Assembly (NCBI GenBank): GCA_963845245.1
Contig: CAWJRJ010000003.1
Location: forward strand, 1 to 44,493
Reading direction: 5' to 3'
Length of the DNA stretch: 44,493 bases
Origin: Nitrospirota bacterium
Lineage (GTDB): Bacteria; Nitrospirota; JACRHJ01
Shown here in pieces: positions 17,403 through 25,513 of this stretch. Under the pieces are notes generated by a model. The model did not search any database. It saw only the letters and a list, made by a program, of their open reading frames with translations, and had not been told where the DNA came from. Within the stretch, counting starts at the first letter, position 1, and every line of letters starts with the position of its first letter. Both the position numbers and the translations under genes were made by a program.

Positions 17403-17717
17403 CTACTTAACGCTAATGTTGTTTTTAACATCCACCACGCCCTTGACATTGCGCGCGATTTCGCCAGCCTTCTCTTTTTCCTGGACGGTATTGACAAATC
17501 CACTCAGCTGTACGACGCCCTTGAAGGTTTCAACGCTTATCGCGCGGGCCTTGGTGACAGGGTCTGCTACCAGGTCGGCCTTGACCTTTGTAGTAATGAC
17601 CGAGTCGTCGACATATCCGCCGGTGCTCTCCTTGGTACGCGTGCCGGCACAGCCCGCGAAGGCCAATATCAGGGTGATGCACATCAGATACTTCATAACA
17701 TTTTTCATCTGTGTCAT
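17403..17717 (-). CDS. BON-domain lipoprotein (OsmY-like)
   Basis: Lipobox FAG-C; DDSVITTKVKA, ISVETFKGVVQLSGFV, VKGVVDVKN. Confidence 0.95.
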   Translation of the reverse strand: MTQMKNVMKYLMCITLILAFAGCAGTRTKESTGGYVDDSVITTKVKADLVADPVTKARAISVETFKGVVQLSGFVNTVQEKEKAGEIARNVKGVVDVKNNISVK

Positions 17718-18017
17718 AACAAAACCTCCAATAACATTAGAATGGTTAGCGACATTGCTAACCTGACAATTCGCTCAAATCAACATGAACGAAGGGAAAC
17801 CAGAACGCAAAGCTTTGTTGCGTCAGGAATCATAATAATCTCGTCGTACTGGAAATCTTAAGACTTTGGTGCGATAGGAACCGTTAGGCGCTGTTGCGGA
17901 AGGGACCGATATGCGCCGTTACGTGAGGACCGTTAACGTTTTGCGGAAAACCGTAATAGACGTTTACGCCGGGTGAAATTATATAAATACCCGCCTAGTA
18001 ATCATCCTTGTCGTTTT

Positions 18018-18045
18018 AGTATAGCAGAGCATTCCTGAGAGTCAA
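18018..18045 (-). promoter_or_regulatory. Candidate sigma70 promoter (extended -10) facing the BON gene cluster
   Basis: Minus strand TTGACT-N16-TATACT with TGn immediately before the -10. Confidence 0.5.
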
Positions 18046-18119
18046 ATCGTGAGCGTCAAATTATGGACTGCCGCATTTCAGACCGTCAATATTATGACAA
18101 TTGCATCTATTCTTGTTTT

Positions 18120-18332
18120 TCAGGCACCCGGCCACGTCAGATCTTTGTGGTCGCTGGCTTTGTGACCGCATTTGCACACATTGTCATCTGAACTGCTTGA
18201 CTCAAAATCAGAACATGCACATATTTTACATGGGCTGGTCTCCAATAGCGGCGTCTTGTCTTCTTCAAGATGTATCTCATCTTCAAGCGGCGCCTCATCA
18301 TCAAGCGGCATCTCGTCTTTAAGACGTGTCAT
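18120..18332 (-). CDS. Small acidic protein with 6-aa repeats and a Cys/His metal-binding motif
   Basis: RBS TAGGAGG; L(K/D/E)(D/E)ExP repeats; CKICAC...CKCGHKASDH. Confidence 0.72.
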   Translation of the reverse strand: MTRLKDEMPLDDEAPLEDEIHLEEDKTPLLETSPCKICACSDFESSSSDDNVCKCGHKASDHKDLTWPGA

Positions 18333-18408
18333 AATAGCCTCCTATGCTTTTGGATTAATTATTCTTTGCACCCTACTCCGCATCCCAACTCAAGTATTTC
18401 GTGACAAC

Positions 18409-19371
18409 TCACTTAAGACTCATTCCGATCGACCTCTGGAGCGTAACCTGGTTAAAATGCTCTTTTGTCTTGAATGTGATGTAGTCCTTCTTGTCCAGTT
18501 CGAAAAGTTGTTTACTGTAGTGGCTCGTAAGGTCATACCACCTGACGGCGCTCATGCTGAAACGTTTTTCTCTGGGATAGGACAACATGTCCATAAATGA
18601 CTGGATCGCTAAATAGTACCTGACGGCGTTCCGCTCAAGCGCGCCGCGAGGCCCGCCTATATAGACTGGTTTACCGTATCTGTCTGCTCCGGTCACGGTG
18701 AACCCCACCTTGTCCCGGCCTAGTGTCCCAAAATAGGCCTTTTGCGCAAGGCGAAGTGCAACCATGTCGCTGTAAGCATAGCTGACGTGGACAAATGTCC
18801 TTCCCACACCAATGGGCAAGGCCTCGAACCTCATGATGTGGTCCTTTGTGCCGAAAGGGCCTGTTTCAGCACTGAGGGTTATATCAAGATACCCCTGCTT
18901 CTGGTCGACTTTCCGGTAACTGTAAATGACTTGGCGCGCGTCTTTTGGAGATTGATAAAATTTGCGGCCGATATAAAAGGTCAGTTGCCACGCGCCCGGC
19001 AGTTCACGGTAGGTACACGCCTTGATATTAGGAGGGATGGATACGATATCGCACCAGTTTGCCGGAACCTTCAGTACGTCTACAACGCTGCTGAAGGGAT
19101 AATCGAACACGCCGTATACATCCACATACACTCTGTCGTCTCGCTCAAGAGACTCCAGAAACAGTGGCAGGCCGAAGCTGTTTTTTTCCAGTTTGGCCTT
19201 GTTACTGCAATAGGTGTCGGACAGGAGGTCTTTGCCTTGCCGTGGCTTTTCGACATACAAGGCGGAACCGGCCGAAGCTGAACCGGCTGAAAAGAGGATC
19301 ACGGCCGCGGCCGCAAGCAGTACACGTTTCAGAAGGTTTCTGATATTATGTATTTGATTCACATGGTTCAC
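18409..19371 (-). CDS. Conserved exported hypothetical protein downstream of cls
   Basis: 320-aa ORF with signal peptide LLAAAAVILFSAGSASA; NWCDI..NIKAC; YIGGPRGALERN. Confidence 0.75.
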   Translation of the reverse strand: MNHVNQIHNIRNLLKRVLLAAAAVILFSAGSASAGSALYVEKPRQGKDLLSDTYCSNKAKLEKNSFGLPLFLESLERDDRVYVDVYGVFDYPFSSVVDVLKVPANWCDIVSIPPNIKACTYRELPGAWQLTFYIGRKFYQSPKDARQVIYSYRKVDQKQGYLDITLSAETGPFGTKDHIMRFEALPIGVGRTFVHVSYAYSDMVALRLAQKAYFGTLGRDKVGFTVTGADRYGKPVYIGGPRGALERNAVRYYLAIQSFMDMLSYPREKRFSMSAVRWYDLTSHYSKQLFELDKKDYITFKTKEHFNQVTLQRSIGMSLK

Positions 19372-19404
19372 TTTTACCGTAATAAACCCATATTCAACGA
19401 TTTT

Positions 19405-20796
19405 TTACATCCAATGGGAAAATAGATGCCCAAACCACTCCATAGTCCTTGGTAGCAAGGGTCTTTTTTTCCACTCTTCCCATTTAACCTGGTCGGACTC
19501 CGCAATGTCCCTTGCAAACATCTTCTCCATTTCAGCGGCGAACTCGCGATTCAGGATAACCGCATTTACCTCATCATCGCTTTCAAAGCTCCAGTAGTCC
19601 AGATTGGTAGAGCCGACCGTAGACCAGACGCCGTCGATTACCGCGGTTTTCGCATGCAACACAGCGTTACGGTATTCATATACCTTCACCCCCGCTTTCA
19701 AAAGCTCTGAATAATTATACCGCTGTGCCTGTAAGGCCAGCAATATATCGCTGTTTGAGGGAACAATCATCTTTACGTCTACGCCGCGTCTGGCAGCCGC
19801 GGTCAATGCATCCAATATCTGGTCGTCGGGGATAACATAGGCATTCGTCAGATGAATCGAATGCTCCGCAAAAGTGATGGCTGACACGTAGACGATAAAA
19901 GTGAGCCTGTTGTTCTGTCCAGGCGTGCTGCCGACCACCCGCACCAGCGCATTACCCTCTTCTTTCAGAACAGGGAAATAATCAGGTTCAGAGAGCTTCG
20001 GCCCCACCTGCTTCTGCCAGGTATCAAAAAATAGTTTTTGAAATTCAGCCACCGCAGGGCCTTCAATCTGAACATCGGTGTCACGCACGGGCAATGGCGT
20101 TTTTGGGGCTTTTCTCCTGCCGGAAAGACTGCTCGAGTATACCGAACTTATATTGATACCCCCTGCAATAGCGACTTTGCCGTCTATGATCAAAATCTTG
20201 CGGTGGTCAGGATGCGCCAGGAGCCAGTGCCCGTGGACCTTGAACGGATTTATCGGATTGAATTCGACCACCTGAACTCCCCCGTCCCGCAGGCGCTGAA
20301 AAAAGGCATCGGTGGTACTGAAACTGCCGATGCTGTCAAAAATGAGATTTACCTGAACACCTTCAGCCTGTTTTTGTAACAACAGGTCGGAAAATTTACG
20401 GCCCACTTCATCATCATCAAGGATATAGGTCTCAAGGTTGATATTGTATTTCGCATTCTGTATCGCTTTGAACATTGCGGCATATGTAGCCTGGCCATCA
20501 ACGAGCAGACTGACTTTGTTCCCCTTTGTCAAAGGGCTTTCTGTGACCGATTCCATCACGGCAGTGTGGCGTTCCAGAACGTCCGTCGGGTCGACTGAAC
20601 TCTTCAGCCTTTCCATTATAGCCTTACTTCTCTGAGGCGTTAGCAACCCTTTGGCCGAAGCGATCTGAGGAGGTTCCTTGGTATCTGGAACCTCGGCAAT
20701 CTTTTCGGACACGTTCGGCAAGGTCGCACATCCATTGCCGAGACTCAAGACGGAAGCGAACAGAAAGAACAAGAAAAAAGGCTTGATGATTTTCAT
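19405..20796 (-). CDS. cls: Cardiolipin synthase (phospholipase D family) with lipoprotein-like signal
   Basis: Two HKD motifs HRKILIIDG and HAKTAVIDG, GSTNLD; N-terminal GNG-C. Confidence 0.92.
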   Translation of the reverse strand: MKIIKPFFLFFLFASVLSLGNGCATLPNVSEKIAEVPDTKEPPQIASAKGLLTPQRSKAIMERLKSSVDPTDVLERHTAVMESVTESPLTKGNKVSLLVDGQATYAAMFKAIQNAKYNINLETYILDDDEVGRKFSDLLLQKQAEGVQVNLIFDSIGSFSTTDAFFQRLRDGGVQVVEFNPINPFKVHGHWLLAHPDHRKILIIDGKVAIAGGINISSVYSSSLSGRRKAPKTPLPVRDTDVQIEGPAVAEFQKLFFDTWQKQVGPKLSEPDYFPVLKEEGNALVRVVGSTPGQNNRLTFIVYVSAITFAEHSIHLTNAYVIPDDQILDALTAAARRGVDVKMIVPSNSDILLALQAQRYNYSELLKAGVKVYEYRNAVLHAKTAVIDGVWSTVGSTNLDYWSFESDDEVNAVILNREFAAEMEKMFARDIAESDQVKWEEWKKRPLLPRTMEWFGHLFSHWM

Positions 20797-20841
20797 ATCA
20801 CGGTTTGTTCTTCTCTAATTTTGATCTACGATGCGGCGACA

Positions 20842-20877
20842 CAAAAAAAGCTGCCGGAGCATAATTGCCCCGGCAGC
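20842..20877 (-). terminator. Intrinsic terminator after SYLF gene
   Basis: Minus strand GCTGCCGGGGC-AATTAT-GCTCCGGCAGC followed by T7. Confidence 0.85.
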
Positions 20878-20888
20878 CTGATACCTAT

Positions 20889-21584
20889 TTAATCATGCAT
20901 ACTCGGCCTTTCAATCATCGCACAGATTTTTTTGCCTCTCGCCGTCTCCGGCACGCCTTTGACAAGTATGTCAGTAGAGCTCACCGGCATTCCGTAATAG
21001 GCTGCGTTCGACTCACCTTTCGATGCCACGATCGCGCCTTCGACCGTCAGGCCGCCATATACGCCCTGGGTCCTTGAGAACAGGATAAACGCGGCCGCAG
21101 GCAACGGTGACGCCTGACCGCCGGTTCCAACACCGACAGGGCCTGCCGCGATGGACGCATCAGCGCCGATGTTGAACTGTGGCGACAGCATCGCGTTGAC
21201 TGCCTGGTCGGTCATCGCGAGGATTACCAACTGTGCCTTCTCGGCTCCCGCCTGGAGTCCGAAGGTGAAGGAACCCATGCCGTAAAATGCTGGCCCCCTG
21301 CATTCACCGGTCTTCTTGTCCATGGCGAAATAGACGCCGCTCCCACCGGAGCCGCCAAAGATCAACCCGGCCTTGACAAGGCTCGGTACAATAAGTACAC
21401 CCTTAGCCTTGGGCAGGGCATCGCGGAACCATCCCATCTCCGGGGCACGCTGGAAGTCTTTGAGTACCAGCTGTGCCTGGTCGACCAGCACCTGCTGCTC
21501 ATTCGGCTCCGCCGCAAATGCCTGGAGTGACGTACCGACGGTAAATACCGCTATACCTAAAAAAACCATTAACAACCTTTTCAT
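20889..21584 (-). CDS. Lipid-binding SYLF (Ysc84-like) domain protein, exported
   Basis: KAGLIFGGSGGSG, SFTFGLQAG, GADASIAAGPVG, FSRTQGVYGG, NAAYYG. Confidence 0.92.
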   Translation of the reverse strand: MKRLLMVFLGIAVFTVGTSLQAFAAEPNEQQVLVDQAQLVLKDFQRAPEMGWFRDALPKAKGVLIVPSLVKAGLIFGGSGGSGVYFAMDKKTGECRGPAFYGMGSFTFGLQAGAEKAQLVILAMTDQAVNAMLSPQFNIGADASIAAGPVGVGTGGQASPLPAAAFILFSRTQGVYGGLTVEGAIVASKGESNAAYYGMPVSSTDILVKGVPETARGKKICAMIERPSMHD

Positions 21585-21902
21585 GTCCTACCTCCTTAAC
21601 ATAAATCCCCATCAAGAAGCACTACCCATGTATAAAGTATATCACTTGACTAATTTACGCGCGAATCAGGTATCAGGTGCTTCATCCTCCTAATTAACGA
21701 TAATCAGTTCGAATTATTTTCATTTATGCAAAAAAGAGGCATCATTATTTTGCAATAATGCAAACCATTACCCCGTCTAACCGCCCATGCTACCCGACTG
21801 CGGACCAGCAGCGAAATACAATAAAAATCTGAGCGCATGAAAACTCAAATATTTCAACAATATTGAATTTGAAAATATATTAAACGACGAGTATTACAAA
21901 CC

Positions 21903-21919
21903 TGGCATGCTCCTTGCTA
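21903..21919 (+). promoter_or_regulatory. sigma54 (-24/-12) promoter
   Basis: TGGCATGCTCCTTGCTA = GG-N10-GC, about 65 nt upstream of the 21983 start. Confidence 0.8.
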
Positions 21920-21982
21920 CATATAATAGACAAGAGGGAAATAAAGCAGCAATCATCCAAACTCCAGAAAGGGAGGGACGCC

Positions 21983-22309
21983 ATGAAGACCAGGGACAAC
22001 ATAGCAAAAAAGGCAGGGTTGGCAGGAGCGGTCATCGGTCTGGTACTCTTTGCGGTAGTCGGTATTCTTTACGGCTCGCTCATAGGCGGCACGATGGGCC
22101 TGGGGATAGTCAATTCTGTGCTCGGCGTGGCGGCGGGCACCACCCTTCTCTCAAGGATGGTCGTTGCAGCCTCTATGCTCGCGGGTGTAGTAGTATCGGG
22201 CATAATGCTGGTAACGATATGTTCAACCGTCGGATGGCTGGCGGGCTACATTGTAGGCGCGGCTGTGGAACCCAAAGCTGGCAAACTAGCAACCCAGAAG
22301 ACACATTAA
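21983..22309 (+). CDS. Small Gly-zipper-rich membrane protein
   Basis: RBS GGGAGGG; 108 aa, hydrophobic with repeated GxxxG. Confidence 0.8.
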   Translation: MKTRDNIAKKAGLAGAVIGLVLFAVVGILYGSLIGGTMGLGIVNSVLGVAAGTTLLSRMVVAASMLAGVVVSGIMLVTICSTVGWLAGYIVGAAVEPKAGKLATQKTH

Positions 22310-22356
22310 CACGGTTAAGCTAATCCGTTAGGCCCCGCCACAGGCGGGGAGATACA

Positions 22357-22388
22357 AACCCTCATCCTTCCACAGGTTGGGGGTTTTT
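22357..22388 (+). terminator. Probable terminator after the Gly-zipper gene
   Basis: AAACCCTCATCCT...AGGTTGGGGGTTT stem followed by T-run. Confidence 0.6.
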
Positions 22389-22468
22389 ACGTAAAACGCC
22401 ATTCCCTCATTCTCAATCCCGGATGCTACAATATACGTATATCCATACCAAGCAACAGGAGGGGATTA

Positions 22469-22806
22469 ATGTCTGCACTCGATGAAATGAACACTGAATC
22501 CTTGAAGCAGCCCACACTAAGCATAATCATACCCACGCTAAACGAGGCAAAGAATCTTCCCGCCGTAATCAAGAGGATAAGGGGGGCAGCTTGTACTGGG
22601 GGCTTGCACTCATAAGGAAATGCGCCGTGACATCGTCGAGGCGCTTCATTGAGGGAGGCATATACCATGTCCTAGCAAGAGACGTCCGCATAAGGTGGCT
22701 CGACTTGATCGGACTTGATACCGAACATTTTGCCAAAGCATACAGGGACAACAACCGCCTGCGCGGACGAGTCAAGGATGGGAACAGAAGACTTACTCGA
22801 CTATAA
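22469..22806 (+). pseudogene. Internally deleted family-2 glycosyltransferase (TIGR04283-like) remnant
   Basis: RBS AGGAGG plus N-terminal LSIIIPTLNEAKNLPAVI (22469-22615) joined out of frame to C-terminal VTSSRRFIEGG...WLDLIG...FAKAY; catalytic core missing. Confidence 0.68.
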
Positions 22807-23272
22807 TGTTTTTGTCCGCCTCCCAATATCCGTGCAGATTGCAGCGCTGGTTTGCGACTAACGTAACCTTGCCCTCGGGCGCGGCCTCCTTACTGACAAC
22901 TACGGTAAAAGTGGCCTTTGGTTTCAGGGACCCCGCAGACTGGAAATCCACCCGCCCGGCTGGCTCGTTTCCAATGCTTAACTGAATAAACTCTATCCAG
23001 TGCGTGGGACCCATGGGGTGCAGCTTTTCTCCAACACTCACCTCTACAGTGAAGGGCTCGCCCGCCTTGATCTTTTCTGGTGCGGTTATAAATGGAGAAT
23101 GTGTTGTTTCCAGCGGGGTCTTGTTTGCAGGGTCTTTCACTCGGTTTATTGTCTGGAACAGCGCTGGGTCAACCTTTGTGGGGAAGAATTTGTCAGCAGC
23201 CAAAGCTTTGCCTGCAAAACCAGCTACGACTGCACCCAAAGTTGCGGTCTTCAGAAATGCCCTTCTGTCCAT
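22793..23272 (-). CDS. Tat-exported superoxide reductase-like (class II SORL / desulfoferrodoxin Fe-binding domain) protein
   Basis: MDRRAFLK twin-arginine signal; H(SP), HPM..HWI, CNLHGYW iron ligands. Confidence 0.9.
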   Translation of the reverse strand: MDRRAFLKTATLGAVVAGFAGKALAADKFFPTKVDPALFQTINRVKDPANKTPLETTHSPFITAPEKIKAGEPFTVEVSVGEKLHPMGPTHWIEFIQLSIGNEPAGRVDFQSAGSLKPKATFTVVVSKEAAPEGKVTLVANQRCNLHGYWEADKNIIVE

Positions 23273-23436
23273 TTGTCCTCCTTTGATTTTTTTAAATTAA
23301 AGTATATATAGCCGGGCCAGAATGTCAAATCGTCGATAACTTTCGCCATTTTAATTTATTCTTTACATAATTCTGCTAAACTATCTTGCATAGCTTTATT
23401 AAGAGCGTCATTCTTGTCCAATAACATGGGTAAAAT

Positions 23437-24249
23437 ATGCCGTTATTCCGTTTTAAAGCACCTTTGTCCCTTTTCTTCCTGTTCCTCCTCACCGCCTGTT
23501 CGCATACGGACCATGCCCAGTGCGGAACCGACGTCCACTCTACAATGACCCAGGTCTCTACAATACAGGCATTGCTAAAGGGCGATTACGACGGCCACGA
23601 GACATTCGGGGAACTATCGAAGCACGGCGATTTCGGCATCGGCACCTTCGAGGCCGTGGACGGAGAGATGGTCGAGCTTGACGGAAGGTTCTACCAGGCG
23701 AAAGCGGACGGGACGGTTGTGAACGTCCAGGCGAACATGAAGACGCCGTTTGCGGAGGTGAGTTTTTTCCACGCCCGCAGCAAGACCAGACTTGACGGTT
23801 TGGTATCAAACCTCGGCGAACTCTTGGCCATGCTCAACGGGCTTATGACAAGCCCGAACCACCCATACGCCATCAAGGTGTCCGGGACATTTGACTTTAT
23901 AACGGTGCGCAGTGTCCCTAGGCAAACGAAACCCTACCAGCCCCTTACTGAGGTGGTGAAGCACCAGTCAGTCTTCAGGTTCGATAAAATCAAGGGGACG
24001 CTGGTGGGCTACTGGCTTCCGGAAAGCATGGACAACCTGAACATGCCAGGTTACCACCTGCATTTCATCTCATCTGATGGCAACCACGGAGGGCATCTTT
24101 TGGATTGCAGCCTGTCCAAGGCCGATATGGAGGTCGACTGCATTGGCGGGGTAGACCTCATAATCCCGCTGAACGTGGCATTACAGAACAAACACCACGA
24201 AGAAACACTTAAAAAAGAGCTGGATCTGGTAGAGAAAGCAGGCCATTAA
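23437..24249 (+). CDS. budA: Alpha-acetolactate decarboxylase with lipoprotein signal
   Basis: QVSTIQALLKGDYDG, HGDFGIGTF..DGEM, TPFA, GYHLHF, GGHLLD; lipobox LTA-C. Confidence 0.93.
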   Translation: MPLFRFKAPLSLFFLFLLTACSHTDHAQCGTDVHSTMTQVSTIQALLKGDYDGHETFGELSKHGDFGIGTFEAVDGEMVELDGRFYQAKADGTVVNVQANMKTPFAEVSFFHARSKTRLDGLVSNLGELLAMLNGLMTSPNHPYAIKVSGTFDFITVRSVPRQTKPYQPLTEVVKHQSVFRFDKIKGTLVGYWLPESMDNLNMPGYHLHFISSDGNHGGHLLDCSLSKADMEVDCIGGVDLIIPLNVALQNKHHEETLKKELDLVEKAGH

Positions 24250-24299
24250 TCCCTGCTCCTTCCATCTTTAACAAAGCTGAGAATGGCCACATAAAAGTC

Positions 24300-24337
24300 A
24301 AAAAGCCGGGAAGGTTTTCACCTTTCCCGGCTTTTTC
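24300..24337. terminator. Bidirectional intrinsic terminator
   Basis: AAAAAGCCGGGAAGGT-TTTC-ACCTTTCCCGGCTTTTTT between convergent genes. Confidence 0.9.
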
Positions 24338-24365
24338 TTATAATAACAAATTACAGGTTTAACGC

Positions 24366-25166
24366 TTAAGGTGCAGGTGTGCTAGAAGTCATATGCATGG
24401 CTGACAGCGAAATCTGCAATGTCACCGGTACCGGGTTGCTCCTGTCCGGGACCCCGTTGACCACAGGTATCATCGCTGCACTTTCCGGATTGATCCAGGT
24501 CTTTGCGGCACCGCTATTCATATAGCCCTGCATAACGCCGCTGTTCCAGCCGCCCATACGGCCTCCCACAATTCCGGAGAGATTACCGAATCCGCCTCCC
24601 CAGCCAGGCATCATTCCGCCGCCTATTCCAGAATAAGTTCCGAATCCGCCCGTCGTTCCGCCGCCTATGCCACCGCCGCCGGGACCCATCATGGCTGGTA
24701 CCCTCATTCCACTGCCCAGACTGCCCTTCATCATTGAGCCCCTGAGGGTCATCGGGCCGCTGAACTCGACTACGTCTCCGGTCCCGGTATAGGTTGCCGT
24801 CGCCACGTTGAACGTTACGTCGCCGTTCAGCCTGATTACACCACCCATCTGCACGTTGTCCTGGTATCTGTTGGTAGTAACAGCCGATGCTGTACCGCCG
24901 AACCCGATCCACATCCCGGTATCGCCAAACGAAATCATCCCTTTGGTCATGACGCCGGATACGTTGTCGAAGACATACGACATATTGTTAGTCTTTGCCA
25001 GGTTCTTTTCCACCATCCTCAGGTTATTGGACGACAAACCCGAGCCGGAAACCCTTACCGAAGCGCTCTTCACCGTGCCCTGATAATTGTACATTGCGGC
25101 ATTCGATATTGACGGGCTCGCAACTGCAATCACCAAAGGCATTACTAACATCCAAAACCACTTCAT
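24366..25166 (-). CDS. Secreted hypothetical protein with Gly/Met-rich low-complexity insert
   Basis: Signal peptide ending SNA-A; RBS GGAGG; GGGMMPGWGGG-type repeats. Confidence 0.8.
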   Translation of the reverse strand: MKWFWMLVMPLVIAVASPSISNAAMYNYQGTVKSASVRVSGSGLSSNNLRMVEKNLAKTNNMSYVFDNVSGVMTKGMISFGDTGMWIGFGGTASAVTTNRYQDNVQMGGVIRLNGDVTFNVATATYTGTGDVVEFSGPMTLRGSMMKGSLGSGMRVPAMMGPGGGGIGGGTTGGFGTYSGIGGGMMPGWGGGFGNLSGIVGGRMGGWNSGVMQGYMNSGAAKTWINPESAAMIPVVNGVPDRSNPVPVTLQISLSAMHMTSSTPAP

Positions 25167-25451
25167 AATATTTCAACCTCCAGTTTCTAAAAGAAAAAAC
25201 AACATCGACACGATGGCCTACAAATCAGCCGACAACATAGTCGCTATTGTTAAATTCATTGGCTCCTCCATACAGGGTTAGTATTTCTTTATCAAGTGTA
25301 CTTCTTATTATTCATAAGTCAAATTAAAAACCATTAAAAAACAAATAGTTGCAAATGTAAACGATTTACCAGACAATAGTTCACTGGTGAACATGATGCT
25401 TTTTGACCCCCATTCATTGCGAATGTATCAAACATCTGCAAGCCATCCTGC

Positions 25452-25481
25452 TTGACATATGCATCCCAATAATGCTATTTT
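25452..25481 (+). promoter_or_regulatory. sigma70 promoter for the ttcA operon
   Basis: TTGACA-N18-TATTTT with extended TGn. Confidence 0.55.
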
Positions 25482-25513
25482 GAAAGACCTTTTTTTTAAA
25501 AAACCGGGGTCTC

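Noticed and set aside
17866..17970. CRISPR or iteron array
   Set aside because: Units are only 6-8 bp, irregularly spaced, with no cas or rep gene
4120..25450. Mobile genomic island or prophage
   Set aside because: No integrase, transposase, tRNA attachment site or flanking direct repeats seen
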